From: a virus
Lineage: Duplodnaviria > Heunggongvirae > Uroviricota > Caudoviricetes
IMG/VR virus record: IMGVR_UViG_3300042401_002002
DNA length: 64,000 nt
Strand: one strand, 5' to 3'
Shown: positions 1 to 12,107 of the stretch, piece by piece
Layout of the letters: each line of letters starts with the position of its first letter
Numbering within the stretch: the stretch's first letter is position 1
Made by a program: the position numbers and the translations under genes
The notes under the pieces: generated by a model
Database searches by the model: none
Told to the model about the DNA's origin: nothing
What the model saw: the letters and a program-made list of their open reading frames with translations, nothing else

Positions 1-206
1 GTACCGATAATAATAGATTAAACGCAAGGGCGGATTGTTCCAAACGGGACATGAAACAGATAGAGGGTTAGCAGTTAACCCAGTGTGAGTTCAAAGTCCA
101 CGAAAAGAGAGTAATGGTATTATATACTATGAAATTTTAAACTGTTATACCAAAGTTACCTGTTTCTAACAACAATTTTGTTAATGAAATTAATAAAAGC
201 AAAGGA

Positions 207-350
207 AACAATGTTTCAGGTCCAAAACCTATTACAAACAATGTTGCTAAACCAAATTATAAAAACAACATTGTATTCAAACAATGTTATAAAATAAACA
301 ATGTTGGTCTTGATGTGACATGGACATCAACAATGTTTGCAAACAATGTT
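207..350. repeat. Cluster of AACAATGTT near-palindromic 9-mers (iteron/operator-like)
   Basis: Copies at 207, 237, 280, 297, 329 and 342, a reversed partial copy at 267, and degenerate copies nearby. Several are about 30 bp apart, in non-coding DNA. Confidence 0.6.
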
Positions 351-384
351 TAAAAATAAACTTTGTTTGTTGGCACATAAGTGC

Positions 385-407
385 AACCTTTATAATTTGT
401 TTGCGTT
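385..407 (+). promoter_or_regulatory. Conserved 23-bp phage promoter-like motif AACCTTT-N8-TTTRCGTT (first of about 14 copies)
   Basis: Fixed-length motif upstream of gene clusters. Plus strand at about 385, 2525, 3630, 6379, 9326, 10344, 12053, 13685, 38103, 41315; minus strand at about 18103, 21024, 26200, 55983. Confidence 0.7.
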
Positions 408-429
408 AAAGAATGTAAATTAAATAACT

Positions 430-2522
430 ATGGAAACACAACAATTTAAAATAGAATACAGATTACTATTGAAAGATGGTAGTTACATGGAAACAACAAC
501 CTATGTTGCCGCTAAAGATAAAGAAACAGCACTAACTAAGTTAGTTTTATGGAGAAAAACACAATCACCAGAGTTTGATGATATTGGATATTTTAATGTA
601 GAACAAGGTTATAATATAGTTGTATAAAATTTAAAATAAATGAATACACTTAAACTAACAACACCTGTTGAGAACGATGTAGTTTTCAAAAAAGAAATGA
701 TTTTCAAATATATTAATTTACTATTTGAATTAGAAAGAAAGTTTGGTTTGATTAATCTAGATAGTTTATTCAAAAGAGATAGTGAAGATAATATTGAAGT
801 AATTAAAATAAGAGTTACAACAGAGTTTGCTCACTTATCAGGTTTCATTGAACCAAAAAATACTTACAAAGATTGGTTGAGAATTGAAAGTAATTTATTA
901 TCTTTGTTAAACTTATCATTAGTTGAACTAAATGAGTTGTTTGAAGACGACCCACAGGATTTAGTTAAAGATGATATTAAACAATTAATTAGTCAGTTTA
1001 AGAATTTAAATGAATAGTATTTATGAATAACCAAACTAGTAAATTAGAAATTGAAGATATTCAAACTTTATTAGATAATATGTTTTTTAATGTAGAAACT
1101 AGATTAAATGCAAGTACAGGTAATTATGTTTATCTTTCTGTTAATTATAAAGGTGAATATTTTGTTAAATACAATAATCATATCGGAACGTATAGTTTCA
1201 CAACAACCAACCTAGAAGTTGCAGTAAATAAATTTAATAATTACTTAATTTAATAGTAGAAATGGAAAAATTTAGATTAATGTTACGTGAAAGTCTTATA
1301 GTGATATTTTGTATATTTATTGGTTATTGTATTGCTAAATATATTCACAATGATTTTAACCCTACAACAACTGAAAAACATTGTGGTACTATCATTAGTA
1401 AATCAAATGATGAAGTTGCAATAAAACATGGCAGTATGACTCAACTGTTTTTAAATATTCAGTTTGATAAAAAAGGTTTTGAATCAGTTGAAGTTGAACC
1501 TACAACCTACTTTAAGTATAAAGTTGGTGAACGTATTTGTATTGATTTCCAGAAAAATGAAGCGTTTATAGGTATTGGTTTTATTGCATCTTGGTTATTA
1601 ATAATCGTTGTTGCTTATTTCTTTATATGTTGGTTATTTGGATTTATTAAATTTTAAATGGAAATGGATAAAATTAATTTTAAAATATACGATGATGAAG
1701 TGAATGTATCAGTAGAAATTACTGAAGAAAAGAAACAACTAATTGTTGATAGAATTTTACAATATTGTAAAGAATATAATTGTGTTAGTGGTGAAACATT
1801 GCATCAAAATGATAATTGTATTATTTACGCTCCTGTTGTTTTATCAGACATAATTGATGATATTCTTAAATTTGATGTTACTTATGAAGAATAATATAAT
1901 TGGTATTGAACCAATTCCACCAGCAGTGATTAAAGATTATGTTTGTAATCATCACGAACACAATCCACCGCAACATTTGTACATACCAGCAGGTAAAAGT
2001 TATAAACACGTTTGTCCAGCTTGTGGAAAAGAAACAGTTGTAAGTAGTTTAAACATAATGTTTTAAGTTATGCAAACAAATTTATTTGAAAACTGTGAAG
2101 TAAATGTGGAAAATGTTTCTAGGTTTACTTTAATTAAACAAATTGAGTTAATCAATGAACATATTATAAAGCTTGAAAATAAGAAATCAACTCTTAAACA
2201 AGCTAAAAGAATATTGGTTTTTGATAAACTAATAGAAGAATTAAAAGAAGAAGGAAATAAATTATATTTTAAATTAAACTAATAAAATTATGGACTTAAC
2301 AGAATTGTTTAAATGATAAAATTTATAATTACCAACCTAGTTGCTGTAATATTTCTATCAATATATAATATTGCAGGTTTGTTCGGTATATTTATTGCAA
2401 TGATTAAAAACTTAGCTGAAGTAATAATAGCTTTATTTGAGAATCTAACTGATTTGATTATACTTAATTTCGTAACTTATTACGAATATATTGAACAAAT
2501 GAAAAAAATTGATAAAAAGTGA
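430..2522 (+). CDS. Cluster of 8 small hypothetical early-type genes (430-627, 640-1017, 1023-1253, 1262-1657 membrane protein, 1658-1894, about 1884-2066 with CxxC, 2070-2282, 2313-2522)
   Basis: Tightly packed co-oriented ORFs following the promoter motif. No recognisable families. Confidence 0.65.
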
Positions 2523-2551
2523 AAAACTTTATGTTTTGTTTGCGTTAAAGA

Positions 2552-2859
2552 TTATGTCCTAAAAACTATACAAATTATTAAAATTTATACAGTTAATTTT
2601 ATAAAAGGTTTGGAACACATCCCTTACTTTTATTGGGTTGAACAATAACCCACTATCAATTATCTTACTAACGTAAGAATCAAAGACTACTTTTAAATAA
2701 AATGTATTTTAAAAAGATAGAATTAACATAAAATGGTTAGTAATTGTTAATTCTATCCCCAACAATGAAGTCTATTCATTAGTTGTACCATTTAATTTAA
2801 ATAGTAAAAAAGTATTAAAATAATTTGATATTATAAAATAAAATTAATAGATTCGTATT
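2552..2859 (-). mobile_element. Non-autonomous, tnpB-less derivative of the IS200/605 element (probable stand-alone omega-RNA locus)
   Basis: 2552-2694 is nearly identical to 53481-53648 (right end plus tnpB 3' region) with one internal deletion. About 2797-2859 resembles the element's left end at 54837-54895. Confidence 0.8.
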
Positions 2860-2885
2860 CTATATAAACAAATAATAAAAACATT

Positions 2886-3589
2886 ATGCAAGAATATTAT
2901 AAATGTAAATCTGATGAATATAGTACTTTTACAAAAGGAAAAATATATTCAATTGAATCAATCGGTAAATATTTAACAATTAATCCAGAAGATTGGTCAC
3001 CAGCATTACCATTCCCTGAAATTAAAGAAATCTTAGATTGTATTGAAAATGGTACAAATAAAACTAAGATTGTTAAAGCGTTAAAACAGTGGTCTAAGAC
3101 TAGAAAATAAAAAATGAAAAAATCAGATATTTTAAAAAATTACAGGTTAACCAAGCTTGATGAAAATACGGTTTTCATCAGTAATTCACATTTTGACTTT
3201 GCTTTTACTAGAGCCGATTCAATTGTTAAAGATGAATTTAAAGGACAATACAGGTATGTTGGTGGTTTACAATGTAATTATCATAAAGAATCACCTGAAT
3301 ATAAAAACCTGGAAAATTGGTTGTGCGAGATTGCTGAATTTGTTTTAAACATTAAACGTAAATAAATATGCAAGAAGAAAAACTAATTTCGATTTTACAA
3401 GATGTTGCTTTAGGAACTTTAACTGTTATTGAAGCAAAAGAAATAATAACTGAATTATATCCTTCTAAAGAGTACCCTTTTAGATTTGAATATATAGATA
3501 AATTCGGTAATGAAAGATATAAAATTGTTAAAGCCTTTTCTGAAGAAGAAGCTGTGATTATATTTAGAACATTTATCAACAACAAATAA
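2886..3589 (+). CDS. Three small hypothetical genes (2886-3110, 3114-3365, 3368-3589)
   Basis: Packed co-oriented ORFs with 2-3 nt gaps. Confidence 0.65.
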
Positions 3590-3814
3590 AAGATTAGTTA
3601 AAATAAACAAAATAAGTTTGATTTAATACAACCTTTATCTTAAAATTACGTTAAAATATTTATGTTAAAAATTCAATTACCAAGAACTGTTCGTTTAATA
3701 TTAGAAAACGGTTCTTTTGGTTCAAAGAAAGAACCTAATAATAAATCAATCAACAAAGATTTGCTTGAGATTCAAGAAAAATTTAAAAAGTTAAACTATA
3801 AACTTTAGAATATT

Positions 3815-4930
3815 ATGTTGTATAAAAGAACAAAAACTGGTGCTGTTCAAGTTTGGTCAGTTGAAGTAGAAGAAAACAAATTCAGAACTGTTGAAGGTCA
3901 ACTTAATGGTAAAATGACAACTAGCGAATGGACAACTTGTGTTGGTAAGAATATAGGTAAGACTAATGAAACTAGTCCAGAACAACAAGCTATTCTTGAA
4001 GCCAAAGCTAAAGAAGTTAAGAAACTTGAATCAGGTTATGTTGTTGACATTAACACTATTGATACAGCAAAGGCTGAGTTAATTTCACCAATGTTAGCTG
4101 AAAAGTTTGAGAAAAACTACGTTACTGGTCAAGAAGCGATGTATTATTCTCAACCAAAATTAGATGGAATGAGAATGGAAACAACTGTTAATGGAACGTT
4201 TTCAAGAAACGGTAAACCTGTTGTTTCAGTACCTCATTTGGATTTAGAACTTTCTAAGTTTTTTGAAGAATTCGGTGAAGAAATTGTGGTTGATGGTGAA
4301 ATTTACAATCACGAACTGAAAGCTGATTTTAATAAATTAATTTCTTATGCTAAGAAAACTAAACCAACTGCTGATGATTTAGTTAATTCTGAAAAGTATC
4401 TTCAATATCATATTTATGATATGCAGTTTAAAGATAAACCTAATATTAGTTTTGACGAAAGATTTTTATTATTATCTAATTTCTTTGATAACAACAACTT
4501 TAAGTATCTTAAGTTAGTTGAAACAATTATCGTAAACGATGATGCACATTTAGATGAATTATACACTAAATACCTTGAAGAAGGTTATGAAGGTCAGATG
4601 GTTAGATTAGTAATGTCTAAATATGAAAACAACAGAACCAAGTCTTTACTTAAAAGAAAAGAGTTCATTGACGAGGAATTTATTATTACTGATATTTCTG
4701 AAGGTACGGGAAATAGAAGTGGAATGATGGGAAGAATTCATTTGGTTGATAAAGATGGTATACACTTTGAATCTGGTTGTCGTGGTAATCATGATTATTA
4801 TAAAGAACTGTTAATTAATAAACATTTATATATTAATAAGACTGCAACTTGCAGATACCAGGGACGCACACCAGATTTAAGTTACAGATTCCCTGTTGTA
4901 ATTCAAATAGCTAGAGAGGAATATGAATAA
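3815..4930 (+). CDS. lig: ATP-dependent DNA ligase
   Basis: PMLA, the adenylation motif QPKLDGMR, VDGEIY, EGQMVR, LLKRK and a C-terminal RFP OB-fold motif. Confidence 0.92.
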   Translation: MLYKRTKTGAVQVWSVEVEENKFRTVEGQLNGKMTTSEWTTCVGKNIGKTNETSPEQQAILEAKAKEVKKLESGYVVDINTIDTAKAELISPMLAEKFEKNYVTGQEAMYYSQPKLDGMRMETTVNGTFSRNGKPVVSVPHLDLELSKFFEEFGEEIVVDGEIYNHELKADFNKLISYAKKTKPTADDLVNSEKYLQYHIYDMQFKDKPNISFDERFLLLSNFFDNNNFKYLKLVETIIVNDDAHLDELYTKYLEEGYEGQMVRLVMSKYENNRTKSLLKRKEFIDEEFIITDISEGTGNRSGMMGRIHLVDKDGIHFESGCRGNHDYYKELLINKHLYINKTATCRYQGRTPDLSYRFPVVIQIAREEYE

Positions 4931-5016
4931 AATAACTAATATTTCTTTTGCATTTATAAATTTAATCATTTACATTTGCACAGTAATCAAGTAATAACAA
5001 TTTAAATCAATTAAAA

Positions 5017-6318
5017 ATGTCTTCAGTAGAAGTATTGGATTATCCACAAGTAACAGAACAAGTTTCATTAAAAGTAGAACAGGAATCTATGTCAGAGAAA
5101 ACAACAAAACCAATGATTGACCCAGCAAGGGTTAAAACGTTAGACCCATTAGCAAAAGCTATTTGGCAAAAAATTGCACCAAGAGATGGAACATTAGCTT
5201 TATATGGTGACGTAGGTGAAACTAAGTCAGCGACTTTTACAGCAATGTGTGAACATTTAGGTATTAAATACATTCGTAAAGATTTAGCTACTATGGATGA
5301 ATCTGATTTATCAGGTATTCCAAACAAAAGAGTTAGTCAAAAAACTAATTTGTCTTATGTAGAAAATTTATTACCTCAATATATTGTTGATGCAATTGAA
5401 TCAGAAGTGCCTGTATTAATTGTATTTGAAGAGGTTAATAGATGTAATCCTTACACTAGAGCGGCTTCTTTAGGTGTAATTAATGAGAAAATTGTAAGTA
5501 ATGTTTTATTACCTGACCATGTTTACATTGCTGCCGCATTAAATATTGGTGATGCTTATGAAGCTGAGATTGAAGATTTAGGTCTTGCAATGAAAAACAG
5601 ATTTATTTGGCAGAACTTTAAAATCTCAACAGATAGTTGGATTGATAGATATGCACAAGATAATGTACATCCTTATATTGTAGCATATTTAAAAGCTAAC
5701 CCAGAAAAAGCTAAATTCTCTGAAAGAAGAGATATTAAAGGTGATGAATTAGCATTTGAAACATTCAGAACCTGGACCTTCTTAAGTTCATATTTAAAAC
5801 AATTTGATACTTTGGATGAAGTTATTGATGCTGTTAGAGGTAGTAAACACGTTAGAAAATCAGGTAAAACTGAATACTATGGTGGTGCTGAGTGTTATGT
5901 AGGTCAATCAGAAAAAAGTGCGTTCTTAACATTCCTTGAGAATATGAAAACGGTTACACCTGATAATGTATTGAATGAGTTCCCTAGATATGAATCAATC
6001 ATTCAAAATATGGCAAGTACTGAAAGATTTCAAATCTTAGAACACTTTAAAGGTACCACAATAAATCATTATGATTTAAATAACCTTAAACCTAATCAAT
6101 ATGATAATCTTAAAAAATTCATGTTGAAATACATTGACGCTGATGTGTTGGTTGGTTTTATTGATGAAGTTACAATGAAATTAATGAAAGGTTTAACACC
6201 TGCTGAAATTAAAAAACTAGGGTTTATTAAATTCCTTAGAGACCCTGATTTAGCTGAAAGAAAAAACCAAGTTGTTGGTGTTTATAAATCATCAATTGGT
6301 AAAAACATGATTAACTAA
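5017..6318 (+). CDS. MoxR/AAA_5-like ATPase
   Basis: Variant Walker A GDVGETKS, DLSGIP, Walker B LIVFEEVNR, AALN sensor and AMKNRF arginine finger. Confidence 0.75.
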   Translation: MSSVEVLDYPQVTEQVSLKVEQESMSEKTTKPMIDPARVKTLDPLAKAIWQKIAPRDGTLALYGDVGETKSATFTAMCEHLGIKYIRKDLATMDESDLSGIPNKRVSQKTNLSYVENLLPQYIVDAIESEVPVLIVFEEVNRCNPYTRAASLGVINEKIVSNVLLPDHVYIAAALNIGDAYEAEIEDLGLAMKNRFIWQNFKISTDSWIDRYAQDNVHPYIVAYLKANPEKAKFSERRDIKGDELAFETFRTWTFLSSYLKQFDTLDEVIDAVRGSKHVRKSGKTEYYGGAECYVGQSEKSAFLTFLENMKTVTPDNVLNEFPRYESIIQNMASTERFQILEHFKGTTINHYDLNNLKPNQYDNLKKFMLKYIDADVLVGFIDEVTMKLMKGLTPAEIKKLGFIKFLRDPDLAERKNQVVGVYKSSIGKNMIN

Positions 6319-6430
6319 ATCAGTTTTTAAATTTTAAAAAAGTTTCGTTATTTTGATAAATTATTTATTGAATAACGAAACTTTTTTATTTTGTTTGCGT
6401 TTGAATGTTAAAGATAAAATAACTAATATC

Positions 6431-9400
6431 ATGTTAAAACTAGAAAAAGGTACTGAACTATATGATTACTCTGGTAAGAAATATATAGTTTCAAAAGTAG
6501 GTAAGAAGTATTTTGAAGTTGAAGGATTAAGAAATAACTTTGTTATTGAAACCTTAAGGGAAAATAGTATTTCAGGTTCAGCTAAAACTTTAGCTGATAA
6601 GAAAACTGTTTTTGAAAGGTTGGAACGAAATGAAATTGAAAAAATGATTTCTATTAAAATGTCAAGTTATAGGGATTCATCACTATCTTTACAACAACTT
6701 AGGTTAATCCGAAATATTATTGAAGAAAAACCAACCTTGGAAGAATATCTTAGAAGTAAAGTTAATGTACTAGAATCAGCACTTGATTACGCTATTGCTA
6801 CTGATACAGTTAGAATGTGGCTTGACATGTATAATGATACTTATTTAAAACCTAAAGATGTTTAATATTATGTCACATAACATTGAAAATTTAAAAATGT
6901 TATCAAAATATTTTAATCAATTAGATGATAATAATTTTGATTTAACAAAAGTAATGTATTTAGGATTTGATAATGATTATAGTTATTTTAGAGATTTTAT
7001 TCAAAAAAATAAAATAGAACTAAAAAATGAAGAAAAAGGTATAATTTATGATATTATATTTATCATTTGGATTGAGAATTTCACTGGTTTAAAATATGTC
7101 AAAGATAAGGAGGTATATTGTTGGCTGTTCGACCATTACTGGGCTTCCTTTAATAATAAAAAAACCGACCCAACACCACAAGGTATTAGTAAAAGAATTG
7201 ATTGGTTTTTAGAATTTGGTTTACCTGATGATTATAGTAAACAAATGATAGGCGAAACAGAATTATGTTATATTTCTAAAAATATTTGAGTTATGTGGAC
7301 AGAAAATCATCTTCCTAACATGTTTAGTGCCACTTTTGTCTTGGGTGATTACAAATTTAGATTTTGTAAACATATTCTAAGTAAAAAGAAATCTAGTAGT
7401 TATATTGAAATTACTGATTACGGTATAAAACCTGAAAATGAACATGATACTAGAATCATGATTAATTTAATCCCACCTTATCTACTTAAAGATAATAAAA
7501 GATTAAAAGAAAAAAATAAACAAAACATTGCAGAACTCAAAGAATTTTGTAAATTTGTTCTAAAAGAACTTGAATAATTATGAGTAAATTTGAATTATTC
7601 CTTTTAAGTAAAGGGTATAAAAAATATAAAGAACATAAACAAGAATTATTATCTGTAGATGATAATGAATATGAAATATCAAGTATGAGTAATATGTGTT
7701 ATGTTTACCTTAAAGATGATAAAAGGATAACTTTTGGATTATGTACTCATGACAGACCACCAACTATTATTGGACCAAGACCGTCCATAGAAAGTAAACG
7801 CCTAAGAAGTGATGGGTCTATCACAATCCAATCAGAAATATTAGATGATAACGTTAATTATCTAATAATGAACACTGATTATGAAAAGATACTAGAAGCA
7901 ATGTTTGATAAAACAATTTGTTTTAATATTGATTTAACTAAAGAATAGTAATGTACATATCAAACATAGTAACCAACAACAAAAATGATTTGTTGCTTAA
8001 TAAAGTCATTCCAGAATATATTAATATTGTTGACTACTCAAATATTAATAATATAGATATTAATATACCAACTTTATACATTGGTTACACTGATATTATT
8101 ATGCATGACATCCTTAAATTAGAAGGTGAACAAATATTTAATAACCAAGTAGATAGTAACACATGGTGGACATATTCAAAACAAGAAAGATTATCAACGT
8201 TTCATGATGTTGTTGATATGTTTTGTTTAAATTCACCTAAATATTATTTCTATAATAAAGAAAGATTTGTTTATAAACCATTTCATTATTTGTTTGATTC
8301 ATCAAATGAATTTATTGTGGAAGATGTTATTAAAGTTTACAACAACAAAAGAAGTGTCTTTTGTTTAATGAACGATAGTAAAACCATCTATGGGTTTGAT
8401 AAAAATTATTTTTATTATATTAATAGATTGGATTTAATTAAAAATATATTATCTTTGGATAATGTTTACGATGACAAGGATTATGTGTTGTTGAATCAAT
8501 ACCAACAATTGATGCCTTGTATGTTTGAAACAATTGAAAAATATTTGGTAAGTTTAGATTAAGTTATGATAATACAATACGATTTAACTGATGTTTTTAA
8601 AATCATACTAAACAAATTAAGTTTTGGTTTATATAGATTACCTGTTCAAGAAATACAAATAACAGATTCTGGTAATTTACGAGTTGACCAAATTTATTTT
8701 CAGAATTTCTTTGATGATAAGTCATTTACTGAAAAACCTGGTTGGTTAAATTCTGTAGACCACGAACATCAAAGAGAATTACGTGATACTTGGGAACAAG
8801 GTATTAAAACAGGTATTCAAGTTGGTTTAGAATCTGCATCCTTAGAAGGGCAAAGAATTGAACTAACAAATAACACAACCAATCCAAGACATGTTGAGTT
8901 TCTTCAAAAACATTACGCTTTATGTACTGAATATAATGTTGCTATCCAATATCATCCTAAACTTGGTTTAGTTATTATTAATCAAAAACCAGACTATTTA
9001 TAATAAATTATTATATCATGCTTAAACAATTAATATTTTCATTATTTTTATTACTAACTTTATCAACTTGTGGTCCAAAGGTTGTTATTGGTGTGGTATC
9101 AGATGTCCAATTTTCTGAACGTGATAAAGTTTACAAAATCACAGCTTTAACTCCAAAGGGAACTGTTTTGTTTAACAGTCGAAACAATCACCAACTAAAA
9201 GATTCTATTCTGGTTAAGGACTATAAGAAATATCTTAAAAGAAATTATAAACCTGCAAAGAAGTAATAATTGTAAAAATAACGTTAGATTTTAAAATATT
9301 TAACGTTATTTTTTTGTTTTAATGAAACCTTTTGTTTAGGTTTGCGTTGTAGTATCTATGTTTAACAATTTAAAATAATAAGTAAAATGAAAAAAAGAAA

Positions 9401-11195
9401 ACCGATTGAGTATGTTGTTTTTATAACAACAACTAATAAAGATGATAAAGCAGAAGGTGAACCGGGATTTTATAATGGAACTAATTATGATGCTTTATAT
9501 AAATTTGAATTTAAAGTTAATAGTGGAGTTGAAATGTCAGTTATTAATGAAGCTTTAGTTTATTTCTACGAGAAATTCTGGACCAACTCAACAAATAATA
9601 CAGATTTGTTTGAACAAGAATTAGATAAATTTAAAAAAGGTTTGGATAAACTTCAATCTGAAACTTACTGTAATGCCTTTCCAGATAAATACGAAATTAT
9701 TAAAAATTTTGAATCAGAACTAAGACAACAATTATCATGTAATGATAAAACTGTAGATGAATTTAAAAGATTAAACATTGATAATAAAATAAATTATCTA
9801 AGTGATTTAGGTTGTAATCTTGATTATTTTGTTGTACCAAAGAAATTTATTAATAAATTTGAAACTATTGAGATAAATTATCTATGACCTTCAGTTTATC
9901 ACCAAAAGAGCAAGAAGCCTTAGCAGAATTTAAAGCTAAGGCTTTAAAGAAATATAAAAAGAAAGGTAAACCTATTTCTTTTACAATTATGTTCACGCCA
10001 ACAGCAATAGGAAATGTTGTTGAAGTGAAAAGTTCGGCTTCGGATGAAATTAAGGACATAACTGATTACAACACATGGTAGATATTAAAGTATTTGTAAC
10101 TTACGAAGTTTGGAAAGATAGAACTATCAAACAATTTACCAAAACAGATGTTCTTTCAGTTGAAACTGATACAGATTCTATTAATAACCTAGTAAACCAA
10201 ATAAGATATTATTTCAAAGATGATGTTAAAGAACCAAACATTTATAATTGGAAAGTAAACATCATTGAAATAGTAACAGGTAAGTTGGATAACTTTACTT
10301 TAGAAGATTTAAATAAATTAGAAATATTATTGTAAAAAAACGCAACCTTTATGTTTTGTTTGCGTTAAAGAGTGTATAAACCAAAACCACTAAGTAAAAT
10401 GAGAACTATATTAATTATTGTTTTAGGTATTATCATTGTATGCATGTACTTAAAGATAGAAGTAAAAGTGAACAAAGATTCAAAAGAATATAAAACGGCT
10501 GTTGACACAACTCAGAAAGTTGTTAATAAATTATTTGATTCTATAAAATAGTAAACTATGAAAATTAAAGAATGTGTAGTAATTGATTCATGGTTATTTA
10601 ATCGTTTAATAGAAGAATTAAATAATTCAGATAATGACGATTTAGCTTGTACTTTACGTATAGAATCAAAACCGTTAGAACCAATCATAAGAGATGCTTA
10701 TAACGCAGGTAATGATTGGAATGAAGATATTGAAGGTTATTTGAATAATAAAGAAATATGAAAAACACAGAAAAGTATCCAGAACTATTAAAATTAGTTG
10801 ATTTATCAGATAGTGACATAACAATAAGTCAACAATTCTTCCCTAAATATTTAAATTTAAATGATTTATCTAAAGTAGAAGCGTTTGAATTAGGTATTAT
10901 AGCAACTGAATTTGTTTATAACATAAGGACTTTGAAAGAAAGATTAGCTGAAGCTGATAAAGTTAAATATAAGGTTTCAACTAATAATTATGTACTTAAG
11001 AAATTAACAACATATCCAGGTTTGATTGATTTCTTAATTAAAGAACTTGAAAATTCGTTTAATAATTTATCTGAGTTAGAAAAATATGAATATGTTAAAA
11101 CGAACCCTTTCAGTTATTTTAAACCAATTAAAGATGATAAAGTAGCTGTTAGAAGACAAAAACTAATGTTTAATCTAATTAATTTTGAAAAGTAA
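6431..11195 (+). CDS. Run of hypothetical genes (6431-6865, 6858-7289, 7293-7577, 7580-7948, 7951-8562, 8566-9003, 9018-9266 lipoprotein-like, 9387-9887, 9884-10081, 10075-10335, 10558-10761, 10758-11195)
   Basis: Contiguous co-oriented ORFs. The first gene more plausibly starts at ATG 6431, downstream of the promoter motif. Confidence 0.65.
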
Positions 11196-11327
11196 TATGA
11201 ATAACCGAATTAACAAAAATTTCCATAGAGACATAATTTATTGGGAAGAAGATGGTGGTACTTGTTTTGAAATAAGAACTGAACCTAAAGAGGAAAAATT
11301 ATCTTGGTTTAAACGTTTATTGAAAAT

Positions 11328-12035
11328 ATGCAAGAAAATTACCAAATAATAGCTAACGAAGATAGGTTACAACAATTTATTGATTGGTTACCTGATTTAA
11401 AACCAAATGAAACATTTTATGTTTGTTTACTATCAAGAAAGAAATATTGTCCGGAATTAAAACATATTAAGTCTGATAAAGGACAACTAAAAAGATTTAC
11501 AACAACCAAAGAACGTTTAATTGAAAAATTAAAACAATTGGAAATACCTTTGGATAGCTACAAACAAGATGATAGTCCAATACCGACTCACGCAATTGCT
11601 TGTTATATAACAGTAAACCCACGTTGTAACAAGAAAGCTTTACAGTTGATGTTAAAGAAAGGTCTTGATTTATTAATCGCTAATGACAATAGATTTAATC
11701 TTCACCAAGAAGCCATTTCTTGCGTACAAAAAGCAAAGAGTTATACGTTTGTTTTAGACTTTGACATAGATATTGATAAAGAATTATTTAAAGAACTTGA
11801 TATTGAAAATAAAGTTCTTGAATATGTAAACAAAGAAGCAGTTAGTTGGTTGGAAACAAGAGGCGGTTTTCATTTGTTGATTAAACCAGATTTGGTTTCT
11901 GATAAACATAAGAAATCTTTTTACAATAATATAGTAAAAAATATACCTTATATTGATAAGGTAAGTGACCACAATCTTATACCAATACCTGGAACTTATC
12001 AAGGTGGTTTTGAACCTTTGTTAAAAAATAACTAA
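11328..12035 (+). CDS. Putative primase-polymerase (AEP-superfamily)-like protein
   Basis: LDFDID (DxD) followed by ETRGGFH (T..G.H), matching AEP motifs I and II. Confidence 0.5.
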   Translation: MQENYQIIANEDRLQQFIDWLPDLKPNETFYVCLLSRKKYCPELKHIKSDKGQLKRFTTTKERLIEKLKQLEIPLDSYKQDDSPIPTHAIACYITVNPRCNKKALQLMLKKGLDLLIANDNRFNLHQEAISCVQKAKSYTFVLDFDIDIDKELFKELDIENKVLEYVNKEAVSWLETRGGFHLLIKPDLVSDKHKKSFYNNIVKNIPYIDKVSDHNLIPIPGTYQGGFEPLLKNN

Positions 12036-12107
12036 ATATTTAGGTTTATTTAAACCTTTTAACTAATTTTACGTTCAAGTTATTAAATATATTAAAACCA
12101 ACTAACT

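Noticed and set aside
6353-6430. Track start for the 170-aa ORF
   Set aside because: The TTG start runs through a hairpin and a promoter motif; ATG 6431 is more plausible.
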